Below are positions 1-14,489 of a stretch of 64,000 nucleotides of DNA, in pieces. The notes beneath the pieces were generated by a model that was not told the DNA's origin, made no database searches, and saw only the letters and a list, made by a program, of their open reading frames with translations. Position 1 is the first letter of the stretch. Each line of letters starts with the position of its first letter. Where the stretch lies: positions 27,776,001 through 27,840,000 of the forward strand of contig CM022665.1 in the NCBI GenBank assembly GCA_012295275.1, in the 5' to 3' direction. The translations under genes and the position numbers were made by a program. This DNA is from Chrysomallon squamiferum. Taxonomy: Eukaryota; Animalia; Mollusca.

Positions 1-77
1 AATGATAATCACAGAAATAATAACAACAACACACAAACACACTCAGTCACACAAACTATGTGTATCTTCCTCGCTCG

Positions 78-502
<425 letters not shown>

Positions 503-612
503 TGGCTTTAGAATTATCTCTCAACGTCCCTCTTTCACACACACACCACCAACCCAGCCCGTGCACACACACAGATACCCATTTAAAATAATAATTATAT
601 ATATACATATAG

Positions 613-809
613 GTTTTGAATGTGAAATGCCTATACACCAAGGCATGTGTCCAGATTATTATAATCCTGACGAACAGTATCCCATGATGAAATGGTTTTA
701 TGAGGCGGCCAGTGATTCGTGTCAACGTATGGAATATTATGGATGTGGAGGCAACGACAACAGATTTCACACCGAAGAGGCGTGTGTTGAACAGTGTGTA
801 GAAACGTAG
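613..809 (+). CDS. Kunitz/BPTI gene K1, terminal exon (signal exon lies upstream of the window)
   Basis: AG acceptor 611-612. Reads FECEMPIHQGMCPDYYNPDEQYPMMKWFYEAASDSCQRMEYYGCGGNDNRFHTEEACVEQCVET*, with 6 Cys and GCGGNxNRF. AATAAA at 827-832. Confidence 0.93.
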
Positions 810-1124
810 TCATCAGTTACAACGAGAATAAATCAGTCTGTTAAAACATGTTGAATAGTCAAGCGAATTAAAACATGTCTGTTTTTGTTTTGTTTTGTTG
901 GGGTTGTTGTTAGGGGTTTTTTTTTGGGAGGGGGAGGGAGTTTGTGTGTGGTTTTTATTTTATTTTATTTTTGCTGTGATTGTGTATTTATTTATTTATT
1001 TATTTTTAAACTAAAGATATAATAATATTTCTTTATTACTATTATTATTATTAATTTTTTTTTTTTTTTTTTTTGAAAACGTTTACACTGCTTTAGTTTC
1101 AATAATGGACTGACAGAGAAAAAT

Positions 1125-1192
<68 letters not shown>

Positions 1193-1220
1193 AAAATATT
1201 ACTACCTGACGATTATCTAA

Positions 1221-1240
1221 TGACGTCACTAAGCACGTCA
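1221..1240 (+). promoter_or_regulatory. CRE plus half-site, K2 promoter
   Basis: TGACGTCActaagcACGTCA; leader-exon donor AG|GTAAGT at 1283. Confidence 0.75.
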
Positions 1241-1977
1241 TAGAAACTCGAATGTTTATTTCATCTTCATTAGTATTTAAAGGTAAGTTTGTTTATTTTT
1301 GTTTGTTTTTTAATCCTAGAGGCATATAGTGTTATCTGTTTGTTAAATTATAATTTATATATATATAATAATAATTATTATTATTATTGTTTCATTTTTT
1401 TTTTTTTTTTTAATTAATTCAACATCTTACAGATATTTTAAATGCGTTGTGACATCAAATAAAACATATTCCGAGGTTCCGCTTTAAAATTTAACATAAT
1501 GATCATGTACTAGAGCGGTGAAGGGTCAAGAATGAAGATATATTAACAGCTATAACACAAATACAATGTGTTTTTTTACTTTATTGTGAGACAAATCTGT
1601 CCCCTGGGTTTGTCGGAAATCATGAGACGCAGCGGTTTTTGACATCAGCATGCTCTGATTAGCACGACTTTTCAGTCATATGTTCACTTTTGTTTATTTT
1701 TTATTTACTTCCTATAATATATATAATATATTTTTTTCACTCACCCATTCATTTTTTTTTATTATATATAAATAGCATATATATAAGTACAAAAAAATGA
1801 ATGGGTGAGTGAAAAAAGTGAAAAAAATGTGTATGTGTGGGTGTAAGAAAAGAAAAAAAAAGAAAAAAGGGAATGTGTGAATATATATAAATATATAAGG
1901 AATCGTTGCATAGGTTATAATGTCAGAATCAATCCTTACCTTTGCATTTTGTTAAGCAATTTTATTTATTTATACAT

Positions 1978-2032
<55 letters not shown>

Positions 2033-2053
2033 CTTACTTACTGCAGATTCAAG

Positions 2054-3000
2054 ATGGGAATACTAGGGATAGTTCTCTTTTTCATGTATGTTCCAGTATT
2101 TTCTCGTTAGTATATATTCTTTATTTAAGGCTCATGAACGCACACACACAGATACACACATATTCAGGCAAACACAAAAAAAAAAACGTAACAGACTGAC
2201 TACCTTTTTCTCCGTGGTAGCAAAAGGCACAGTATGAAGTTTTATTTATGTGCCTCTGTTTGAGTTTGTCTTTGTGTGTGTGAGGATCAGGTTTTGTGAG
2301 GTTGCACAATCTTTCATGTATGTGTAAGGAGATATATTTATTTGCATGAAAGCCTTTTCTTAGTTAATTTACAGATATGAAAGCAGTATTAAATTCAAGT
2401 GTAATCTTTAATTTTTTACGCTTTATTTCACAGAGATTCTTCTTTTACCTGTTCTTTTTATTTCGGGTCTTAAAATGACTAACCACGACGCACATAAATC
2501 TAAAATGCAGGAGGTACATTTTCGTGCACTTTGAGAAGTACATTTGACTTGGTTCTTTGCCTCACGTTTTATACGGTTCACTCAGTCGGACTACTTTTAA
2601 AAAAAAAAATTTACGGGTGGATCTCTGCGCATCCCTCACCTCCGCGTACAAGCCTGGACAAAAACTTTCACAACAAATAAATAAACGTACAGACAAGTTA
2701 ACAGACTGAGAAATGCAAATGCACACATTTCATACTCGCTCTAACCCGCAGCTCCTGAGACATGTGCGCATATTGGCAATAATAACCGAATTTATTCTTT
2801 AAGCAGGTTACGATTGTGAGATGCCAATAGACCAGGGCATGTGTGAAGATTTTCATCCTGATGACAATTATTCCATAATGAAATGGTTTTACGACGCGGC
2901 CACTGATTCATGTCATCACTTAGAATTCTTCGGATGTGGAGGAAATGACAACAGATTTCCCAGTAAGGACACATGTATATTTGAATGTGTAGAAACGTGA
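2054..3000 (+). CDS. Secreted Kunitz gene K2, join(2054-2105,2807-3000)
   Basis: Signal MGILGIVLFFMYVPVFS, phase-1 GT at 2106, acceptor AAGCAG (NAGNAG) at 2801-2806. Mature part RYDCEMPIDQGMCEDFHPDDNYSIMKWFYDAATDSCHHLEFFGCGGNDNRFPSKDTCIFECVET*. The Kunitz exon is absent from the ORF track. Confidence 0.9.
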
Positions 3001-3134
3001 AAGAATCAGCCAATTAAAATGAACCAGATAATTAAAACGTGTTGAATACGTTAGTCAAATAAAACAGGGAAATATAGTAATTCCTTTTGTTTGTTTGTTT
3101 TTTTAGCTTCTAAATAACAGTGATAAAATCTCTC

Positions 3135-3221
<87 letters not shown>

Positions 3222-3456
3222 CGTAACTTCTGACAAAGTACATTGAGTAAAATGGAAAAGGATCAAAACATTCAGGTGTTGAGAAATCTTTTGTAATTGT
3301 TTGATTTGCATAAATTAATTTCGTAAAAAGTATATGTAATTATAATATTCTTAAAATCGACGAAAATTAAACATTTACTGTAAATGACATCATTGTCGAA
3401 CTTAATTAACATGGAGATCCGGGTCAGTTCGAGAAATTTGCTTGGAAATTGTGTAG

Positions 3457-3475
3457 TGACGTCACTAACACGTCA
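3457..3475 (+). promoter_or_regulatory. CRE plus half-site, K3 promoter
   Basis: TGACGTCActaacACGTCA; donor at 3522. Confidence 0.75.
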
Positions 3476-3579
3476 CAAAAACGCATATGTTTGTTTACAT
3501 CTCTCTCATTCATATTTAAAGGTTAATATTTTGTTATTTTCTTGTAAATATGCTTTGTTTTCCCTAAGTTTTAATTTTC

Positions 3580-3644
<65 letters not shown>

Positions 3645-4031
3645 AAGAAGAAGAAATTATAATAATAATAATACAATGCAATACATTATTTTCTTCTTTA
3701 TTTTTATGTTGTTGTTATTGCTGTTATTATTATTGTTATTATTTATTTATTTATTTATTTATTTATCTATTTATTTACTTATTTATTTATTTACTGTCAT
3801 TTGTTTTTAATTTATAAAATTTGTTACGTTTATCTTTTATTATAGGAATTTCTACACTTAGTCATCATAACTGCAACAAGAAAAATAATTACATATGACA
3901 TCATATCGTTAAGACACTTTTGTTAAAAATTTTAACTTAATAGAAAAAAGTCTATAAATAAGTAAATAAATACATTTGTGATGAAGTTTGATAACCTATT
4001 ATTTATTTATTTATTTTAAATTGCAGATTTC

Positions 4032-4516
<485 letters not shown>

Positions 4517-4689
4517 GAAATGTAATTAACAAAATTCTTGGAAGAAACGATAATTATATAAACTAACAGAGAAGAGAAAAATAAACAAACAAAAACAAAC
4601 AAGTCAGTTAAAACATGGAAATGTAATAGCTTTTATCAGTTGTCCATTTTTCATTTTCGTTTTCTTATCCTCCACAGTCAGTCAGTCAG

Positions 4690-4780
<91 letters not shown>

Positions 4781-5334
4781 GTGTGTCATTATTATTAATA
4801 TAAAATTTAATATCCTGTTTTATGTGTCTAAATATACCACTTCAAAAATGTATAATAAACTATTATTATATGAGTGTACTTATTTTATATAAACGTATTA
4901 ACCTAGTATTAACTGATAGAGAGAGATAGAAAAAAAAAAAAAAAAGAAAAAAAAAAAAACACGCTCTGTATAAATATACGCTCTGACAATCAGATACACT
5001 CAAACATTCATATTCACTTATTTCTATAAACGCACACAAACAAATGTACGAAAATCTAAACAGAAACACAGCACTGTCTCGCCGATAGATCAAGGCATGA
5101 TTCAGGTGATGACAGTCCTTGCAGGGGGTGGGGCCAAAGGGGCGATGGTCCCGAGTATCGAAATGGTTGAACCAATCAGAGAAAAGAACTTAATAGATCT
5201 GGTTGATTTACATTTAAATCGAATTTGTGTTTAATCTGTGTTAACATATTCAACATATCTTCATTTCTCATAATATTTCGCAGTACTAGGTGTTATGTTT
5301 TACTCTGTGGGATACAGTCAATGACTTGGCCCCG

Positions 5335-5455
5335 GGCATCACCAGGCGTCTGCACTGCAGTGATTCGTGTAAGAGCCGGTGTGGAGTGGAACGAAACGAG
5401 ACAGTTCACTGACCCTGAAAACTGAATGTTACAAGTCATGCGAAAAGAAGCTTAA
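5335..5455 (+). pseudogene. Highly decayed Kunitz exon remnant
   Basis: Frameshifted pieces in Kunitz order: ggcgtctgc (GVC), agtgattcgtgt (SDSC, identical to K1), tgtgga (CG), gaatgttacaagtcatgc (ECYKSC). Confidence 0.5.
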
Positions 5456-5456
5456 T

Positions 5457-8400
5457 AAATCTTAGTGAATAAACAAACTAATTTAGATATGATAAACAAA
5501 AAAATAAAATCTTAGTGAATAAACAAACTAATTTAGATATGATAAACAAAGAAACAAATTGAATCTTAGTGAATAAACAAACTAATTTAGATATGATAAA
5601 CAAAAAAATAAAATCTTAGTGAATAAACAAACTAATTTAGATATGATAAACAAAAAAAATTAAATCTTAGTGAATAAACAAACTAATTTAGATATGATAA
5701 ACAAAAAAATAAAATCTTAGTGAATAAACAAACTAATTTAGATATGATAAACAAAGAAACAAATTGAATCTTAGTGAATAAACAAACTAATTTAGATATG
5801 ATAAACAAAGAAACAAATTGAATCTTAGTGAATAAACAAACTAATTTAGATATGATAAACAAAGAAATAAAATCTTAGTGAATAAACAAACTAATTTAGA
5901 TATGATAAACAAAAAAATAAAATCTTAGTGAATAAACAAACTAATTTAGATATGATAAACAAAGAAATAAAATCTTAGTGAATAAACAAACTAATTTAGA
6001 TATGATAAACAAAAAAATAAAATCTTAGTGAATAAACAAACTAATTTAGATATGATAAACAAAGAAATAAAATCTTAGTGAATAAACAAACTAATTTAGA
6101 TATGATAAACAAAGAAACAAATTGAATCTTAGTGAATAAACAAACTAATTTAGATATGATAAACAAAAAAATAAAATCTTAGTGAATAAACAAACTAATT
6201 TAGATATGATAAACAAAGAAACAAATTGAATCTTAGTGAATAAACAAACTAATTTAGATATGATAAACAAAGAAATAAAATCTTAGTGAATAAACAAACT
6301 AATTTAGATATGATAAACAAAAAAATAAAATCTTAGTGAATAAACAAACTAATTTAGATATGATAAACAAAGAAATAAAATCTTAGTGAATAAACAAACT
6401 AATTTAGATATGATAAACAAAGAAACAAATTGAATCTTAGTGAATAAACAAACTAATTTAGATATGATAAACAAAGAAATAAAATCTTAGTGAATAAACA
6501 AACTAATTTAGATATGATAAACAAAGAAACAAATTGAATCTTAGTGAATAAACAAACTAATTTAGATATGATAAACAAAGAAATAAAATCTTAGTGAATA
6601 AACAAACTAATTTAGATATGATAAACAAAGAAACAAATTGAATCTTAGTGAATAAACAAACTAATTTAGATATGATAAACAAAAAAATAAAATCTTAGTG
6701 AATAAACAAACTAATTTAGATATGATAAACAAAAAAATAATAAACTTAGTGAATAAACAAAAATTAAAATCTTAGTGAATAAACAAACTAATTTAATATG
6801 ATAAACAAAAAACAAATTGAAGAGTGAATAAACAAAAATTTAGAATAAATCTTCTTAGTGAATAAACAAACTAATTTAGATATGATAAACAAAGAAACAA
6901 ATTGAATCTTAGTGAATAAACAAACTAATTTAGATATGATAAACAAAAAAATAAAATCTTAGTGAATAAACAAACTAATTTAGATATGATAAACAAAGAA
7001 ATAAAATCTTAGTGAATAAACAAACTAATTTAGATATGATAAACAAAGAAACAAATTGAATCTTAGTGAATAAACAAACTAATTTAGATATGATAAACAA
7101 AAAAATAAAATCTTAGTGAATAAACAAACTAATTTAGATATGATAAACAAAGAAACAAATTGAATCTTAGTGAATAAACAAACTAATTTAGATATGATAA
7201 ACAAAGAAACAAATTGAATCTTAGTGAATAAACAAACTAATTTAGATATGATAAAAAAAAATAAAATCTTAGTGAATAAACAAACTAATTTAGATATGAT
7301 AAACAAAGAAACAAATTGAATCTTAGTGAATAAACAAACTAATTTAGATATGATAAACAAAAAAATAAAATCTTAGTGAATAAACAAACTAATTTAGATA
7401 TGATAAACAAAGAAACAAATTGAATCTTAGTGAATAAACAAACTAATTTAGATATGATAAACAAAAAAAATAAAATCTTAGTGAATAAACAAACTAATTT
7501 AGATATGATAAACAAAAAAATAAAATCTTAGTGAATAAACAAACTAATTTAGATATGATAAACAAAAAAATAAAATCTTAGTGAATAAACAAACTAATTT
7601 AGATATGATAAACAAAAAATTAAAAAAATAAACAAATCTTAGAGTGAATAAACAAACTAAAATTTAGATATGAAACAAAAGAAAAAAAATAAAATCTTAG
7701 TGAATAAACAAACTAATTTAGATATGATAAACAAAAAATAAAATCTTAGTGAATAAACAAACTAATTTAGATATGATAAAAAAAAAAAATAAAATCTTAG
7801 TGAATAAACAAACTAATTTAGATATGATAAACAAAAAATAAAATCTTAGTGAATAAACAAACTAATTTAGATATGATAAACAAAAAACAAAAATCTTAGT
7901 GAATAAACAAACTAATTTAGATATGATAAACAAAAAAAAAAAATCTTAGTGAATAAACAAACTAATTTAGATATGATAAACAAACAAATAAAATCTTAGT
8001 GAATAAACAAACTAATTTAGATATGATAAACAAAAAAATAAAATCTTAGTGAATAAACAAACTAATTTAGATATGATAAACAAAAAAAATAAAATCTTAG
8101 TGAATAAACAAACTAATTTAGATATGATAAACAAAAAAAATAAAATCTTAGTGAATAAACAAACTAATTTAGATAAACAAAAAAATAAAATATGATAAAC
8201 AAAAAAAAAATAAAATCTTAGTGAATAAACAAACTAATTTAGATATGATAAACAAAAAATAAAATCTTAGTGAATAAACAAACTAATTTAGATATGATAA
8301 ACAAAAAAATAAAATCTTAGTGAATAAACAAACTAATTTAGATATGATAAACAAAAAACAAATAAAATCTTAGTGAATAAACAAACTAATTTAGATATGA

Positions 8401-8830
8401 TAAACAAAAAAATAAAATCTTAGTGAATAAACAAACTAATTTAGATATGATAAACAAAAAAATAAAATCTTAGTGAATAAACAAACTAATTTAGATATGA
8501 TAAACAAAAAAATAAAATCTTAGTGAATAAACAAACTAATTTAGATATGATAAACAAAAAAATAAAATCTTAGTGAATAAACAAACTAATTTAGATATGA
8601 TAAACAAAAAAATAAAATCTTAGTGAATAAACAAACTAATTTAGATATGATAAACAAAGAAACAAATTGAATCTTAGTGAATAAACAAACTAATTTAGAT
8701 ATGATAAACAAAAAAATAAAATCTTAGTGAATAAACAAACTAATTTAGATATGATAAACAAAAAAAATTAAATCTTAGTGAATAAACTAATTTAAAATTG
8801 ATAAACAAATTAGAACTTACTGAATAAACA
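5457..8830. repeat. Tandem satellite, roughly 65 copies of a 50/54-bp AT-rich unit
   Basis: Unit CTTAGTGAATAAACAAACTAATTTAGATATGATAAACAAA followed by AAAATAAAAT (50 bp; starts at 5461, 5511) or GAAACAAATTGAAT (54 bp; next start 5565). Degenerate at ~6740-6850, ~7620-7690 and the 3' end. Confidence 0.97.
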
Positions 8831-9251
8831 AGATAATTTAAATATTAGAAACAAAAATAAATTAAAACACAGAAGTATGATCTTGTCTTCTTTTATGTTT
8901 TTGTTATTGTTGTTATTATTATTATTATTATTATTATTAAAACCTAAGAGTATGATGTTGTTGTTTTTTTTGTTGTTTGTTTTTTTGTTATTGTTGTTTT
9001 TCTATTGTTTATTATTTTAGAGTTTACTGTAGAGATTTAGTATGTTATTGTGTCAAACTAATCAAAATAAAGGAACAAAAAAGATTCAGGCCGAATTGCT
9101 AATAATTTGAAATAAAAATTAAATTGCACGCCCGATAAATAGATGGAAAAAAACAATGTACAAAATGAGCATTTTTATTTTAAATCTATTTACATGTGTA
9201 AACACACACACTTATGAATGTTTTATGCTTGTGTGCGTGTGCGTGTGCGTC

Positions 9252-9293
<42 letters not shown>

Positions 9294-9952
9294 TATTTTT
9301 CGAGGGATTCAGCCGGGTTTTTTTAATTCCTTGAGCTCGGCGAAGCGTTTGTTAGCAATTCTATTATACTGTTTACACATCACTCCTCAAGCCATATATA
9401 TATTCTTAATGGGATAAAACAGTCTAGTGAGAAAAAATAGATGTAAAATTTTCCATAAATCTCATCACTGTATGTGCGTGTGTGTGTATGTGTGTGTGTG
9501 TGTCTTGTGTCTGTATGCATGCAGTGTATATGTGTACATGTGTACGTGGGTACGTGTGCATGTATGGATATGTGTTTACTAACATAAAAAAAAATCATAT
9601 ATTTAATAAAATAAAATAAACATCTATATTCCCTCACGTAACAAGTTTTATGCATTTCCTAGCATAAAACAAATAATGTACATGCATGCACTGATGCGTT
9701 CTGATTAAACATAAAGCCAAAAAAAAAAAAAAATTAAGAAAAATCTTAGTAGTATTGTTGTTCTATGTTCATACCGTTAAAAATATGCTATGTATCTCTA
9801 TTATTATTATTTTTATAATCTGTCTTGAAATCGCTATACATATTTGCGTGTTTGGGTGTGTTTGTGTGTATATATATAGATATAGCTGACAGTACTGAGT
9901 ATGTTTTTGTAAAACAGTACACGAAACCATTATACTTCTTTTATATCTATAT

Positions 9953-10025
9953 ATGAAATGTTTTTATGACGTGGTCAGTGATTCGTGTCAGGGTCAAGGT
10001 AAAATGAAACGAACCGAAACAGGTT
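9953..10025 (+). pseudogene. Kunitz exon fragment (K1-like)
   Basis: atgaaatgtttttatgacgtggtcagtgattcgtgtcag aligns to K1 atgaaatggttttatgaggcggccagtgattcgtgtcaa. It is followed by aaccgaaacaggtt (NRNR-like). The rest of the exon is lost. Confidence 0.7.
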
Positions 10026-10477
10026 GCTGGGTCAGTGATTATATTATATAAGTTATTTCAGTGCATTAGAGGTAATATTACATATAAAAAGCAAAATAGT
10101 CACCAGCTGTTTGGATCACTGGCCTGATACATTTATTATAGTGCTTGATTATTAAACCTATAATAAAATAAATAATCAGAATGTTCGACTTCATAAATTT
10201 CAAGCACGCTCTTTTTAAAAAAAGTGATATACATTGGTTAAAACATTGGCCTATACTTCTAAGCAGCAATAACAAATGGAATTTAAAGAATACAGATAAA
10301 TACTTTTATTATATGAATTTGAGAAATTTAATTACGTTTTTCTTTTTTTTCCTGTCTACAGAAACGTGCAAATAAAATATTTTTTATAACGTTTTCATTT
10401 ATTTGTTTAGTTATTTCACTCAGCTGATCATGTAACGCTGTGAAAACTTGCTCGAGAGAGTTTAATCGACCATCTGG

Positions 10478-10499
10478 TGACGTCAACAGAAAGACGTCA
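10478..10499 (+). promoter_or_regulatory. CRE plus half-site, K4 promoter
   Basis: TGACGTCAacagaaaGACGTCA; donor GTAAGT at 10593. Confidence 0.72.
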
Positions 10500-11871
10500 T
10501 ATGAAGGAACACGAAAGAATAATATCCTTCTATAACAAAATAAAAGAAATGTCAAATAATAAATGAAACAAAATAAAGAAGAGACGAAGCATGTAAGTCC
10601 TCAAATGTTTTATTAATTTTTATTTTACATACGTCTCCTTTGTTCTTTTAGCTATTATCATTAAAACTGCGTTTTGTTTTCAGTAGCGTAGACTTTTTGT
10701 TATCCCCCTTTTTTTTTTTTTAAATTCAAATACGAAACTCATTGTTTAGAAAATAAAAACTTTTAGTTTTATCGAAATTGAGTCAAAAATTAATTTTTAA
10801 CTATTTTTTCTTTTAATACGGCTAGTTGACACCCTTTGAAAAAAGAAACGAAAAAATAAAAATAAAAATAAAAAAAAATAAAAAAAAATATAATAATGTA
10901 TCAGACCAGTGACCCAAATAGCTGGTGACTAATTTGTTTGTAACAATATCTGCTCAGCGATAGGCGTCTATATAAACGAGACATTGAATATATGATATAT
11001 TTGAGCAAATTACTTGTAATAATCCACGCAGAACTGATTGTATTATAAAGGATATAATGTTAACAGTTTGTAAACACTGACACTTGGATTTCGGTCGGAA
11101 ATTTCCGCGAGCGCTCGGAAACCAACACATCGGGTTGTTAAACTTACAAATTCAACAATTTTACGTCCATTTTCTGTATTTGTTTTTCTGATTTACACTA
11201 ACAAAAGAATGAATGGTTGCTCATATTACAAAACCATGATATAGAACACCTTTCCTAACTACATTTTTACCTTAATCCAGTTTTTCAAACTGGAATACTT
11301 TTGTGCAAATGCGTACATAATAAACTGAATGTATAATGTTCTGGCAGATTAATGTATTAACTTTTCTAGCTGTCAGTTCTCCGTGTCAAAACATATTGTG
11401 TTGTATCCATGCTGTTTTCAGTCTAAACTCTTAGGGTTACCATCTGAAGAGGTTTTCTAATTTTAGCCTCGACTTAAGTTATTTTGAAATAATATTATAT
11501 ATTTATTATCTTCTATTACTGTTATTTCATTAAACATTATTTTGGTAATTTTATATTATTTCTTAAAGAATAGGTATAAGAGTCATAAGTGTGTGTTTAT
11601 TACAGGGAAGTGAAAAAATAAAACAAATAAAAAAAGGTTTGAGGTAGATGTTTTAAACAGCATTCATCCCTCAACAACAAACTGTACAATATCAAACATA
11701 ATCTGAAAAAGAAGAAAATATAGCAAGCGCTATTTTAATACAGTAACCTAGATGACGCAGTAACTTGTCTTGTTTTGAAATTCATTTAATTTATAATTAG
11801 ATTCGCTTTTAGAAATTTAACACACAATAAATTAATAATTTAACTGAACATTTAATTATTCCAGATACAAA

Positions 11872-12476
11872 ATGATGCTGGTGATCATCTTTCTCATACC
11901 AGGATTACTAATTTGTGTCTTAGCACGTGAAGTATTTTTTAAAATCTAATTTATATTATCTGCTCCAATTATTATCAGTTTGAGGAACGGCATCTATGCT
12001 ACCAATTTCTTTGAGAACCACATTTAGAATCACAATTCGTTACTTGCTACTATACTACCACTACTGCAACTACTACTACTACTACTAAAAACAACAACAA
12101 CAAACACTAATAATAACAACTCCAATGGAAAAAAAAAAAAAAAAAAAAAAATGAAATGATGCAATACTTATATTATTATATTTATATACAAAATTAAACA
12201 AAACATAAAATAATAATAAAATTAAAACGCATGGTTAATAACAGATTGACCAGGCTTGAGACGATATGCTTCCCTTTCACAGATGACCGCTGTGAGCTGT
12301 CCATCCATCAAGGCGTCTGTCCAGACGAAGACAGCATAGACGAAGGCTATCCACTGATGAGGTGGTTTTATCTCGCGGATTCAGACACGTGTATTCGACT
12401 CAAGTTCTACGGATGTGGAGGAAATCGAAACCGATTCGCAACGAGAGGAGACTGCATAGCAATGTGCAAGGATTGA
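11872..12476 (+). CDS. Secreted Kunitz gene K4, join(11872-11926,12283-12476)
   Basis: Signal MMLVIIFLIPGLLICVLA, phase-1 donor GTGAAG at 11927. HDRCELSIHQGVCPDEDSIDEGYPLMRWFYLADSDTCIRLKFYGCGGNRNRFATRGDCIAMCKD*. Confidence 0.9.
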
Positions 12477-13056
12477 TTCGTTTGTGGAACTCGTAGCCAC
12501 TTTGAAGTAATCTGTGAATTAACTTTTTTTTTTTTTTTTAATGGTTATCCTATAACTGTTATATTGAGAAGGTTTAACATTTTTGGATGAAAATACTGGG
12601 CAGACAATAAATGATGTATTTTATTTATCTGTATCTGTCCCCGTCTGCCTGTTTGTTTACTAATGTATCATATCATCTCACAAAATATTTGTTATGTATA
12701 TGGATATTAAAAAAGGCTGTAGAACAAGTCATTAATTTTTTTTTTTTTATTTGTTAATTGATTTTATTATTACTGTTTTTGTTATTCTTTCTTTATTTAT
12801 TTACGTATTTATTTATTAAAATCAAAGTATTTTTTTTTTTTAGATAAAATGAACAAACGTTTACATATATAATACATACACATAATAAAAAGTAAAACAA
12901 AAATAGAATAAAACAAAATAAAATAAAAAGTAATAATAACAAATAAATAGTTTCATATATATTGTTATTAAATTCCTTAGTAATAAATGTTGCGTATACT
13001 ACTTATTATTATCATCTTAATCATTGTCATCAATGATCACCATCATAATTGTTTTA

Positions 13057-13098
<42 letters not shown>

Positions 13099-13637
13099 TT
13101 TGTTTTAAAGATGCTATGGATTTTATTTATTATATTATTAGCTTATTTTATGATAATTAGATTTTCCACAAGCAATGATTTTCACTGTAAAGGAAATGGA
13201 AAAAAAAAAAAAAAAAAAAAAGATTTGCTGTGAAAAAAAACGACTCTGATTATAAACAGTTTGATATAATATCACACAGTTTAAACATATCAAAGCCAAA
13301 TGCTGTTAATACAAATAAATATAATGATAATGCACGAAATATTTCAAACCTGCTACCATCTTCTTCATATAAATTCAATATTTTGTGTTAATACTGATTT
13401 ATATTATTCTTTTATATATACTGAATATAAAATAACAACAACAACGACAACGGCAACAATAACAACAGTAACAACAGCGACAGAAACAGCAATAATCATA
13501 AAATTCATTTCACCTTTTTTTTTTTTTTTTTTTTTAAATTTCAAACGGGGTGATATGTCGTTGAATAAATGTTTATTAATTTCACTGACCATGTTTAATG
13601 CAGTTTGCAAGCACTCCCTGCTGGTCAGTATAGATCG

Positions 13638-13659
13638 TGACGTCAACAGAGAAACGTCA
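13638..13659 (+). promoter_or_regulatory. CRE plus half-site, K5 promoter
   Basis: TGACGTCAacagagaaACGTCA; candidate donor GTAAGC at 13813. Confidence 0.72.
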
Positions 13660-14237
13660 TCGGAATATAAAAGAAGTATTAATAAAAATAAATAAATAAA
13701 TAAATAACATTTTAAAAATGAGTAAATAAAATAACAGACAGCCTTCAGCCCAAAAACCAGATTAAAACAAATGAAAAGAGGCAAAGAAGTAATGAAGAGG
13801 TGTTTTTAACACGTAAGCTTTGTTATTTTTATTTTTATTTTATTTTTATTTTTTGTCGTATTATTAAAAAAAAAAAAAAAAAAAAAAACCCATTAAAGCA
13901 TCAATATATTTAACTTAAGCAATGATTTCTAAATTTGTTTTACTACACAAAAATATCATAAAACGAAATTATTTTATTTTTATTTTTTAAAATTAATTTT
14001 CTGTTTGTTTAAATTGCAAAATAAATGCATATTTTGTGTATGCGATTTGAAATTCATAGCTGAAAATTATTAACGAACAGACTTTGTTTTATTTAAATCG
14101 TACTTATATATATATATATATATATAATTAACTATTAGCAATAAATATTACTTAAATATAATACTGCATACATGGGAAGTTAGAGCTGCCCTATATGATT
14201 TTGGTTTCAGGAACTACTCTGAAATTTCTGATGCAAC

Positions 14238-14440
14238 ATGAAGTTGATAGTCATGCTCATGTTACTGGGATTTGTTACTAGTCAAACAATAAGTGAAGTA
14301 TTTTATCGATCTATAGACATGTGTCTACCTAGCTGTTAAATAATATAGCATTTCATATCGTTCATAAATATTTATTAGGTACAAGGATATTAAACATATT
14401 GTAGCACAAGTAATTAATTATTTATTTTTTTTTTTTATTA

Positions 14441-14489
<49 letters not shown>

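Noticed and set aside
2792-3013. Minus-strand ORFs over Kunitz exons (also 631-813, 34695-34991, 45872-46054, 56961-57401)
   Set aside because: These are antisense shadows of real plus-strand exons with no independent support.
5457-8830. Satellite as a CRISPR-like repeat-spacer array, or as coding sequence (ORF 7079-7360)
   Set aside because: The spacers are only two or three recurring A-rich variants, not unique sequences. There are no cas genes and the context is eukaryotic. The ORF is just the repeat read in a stop-free frame.
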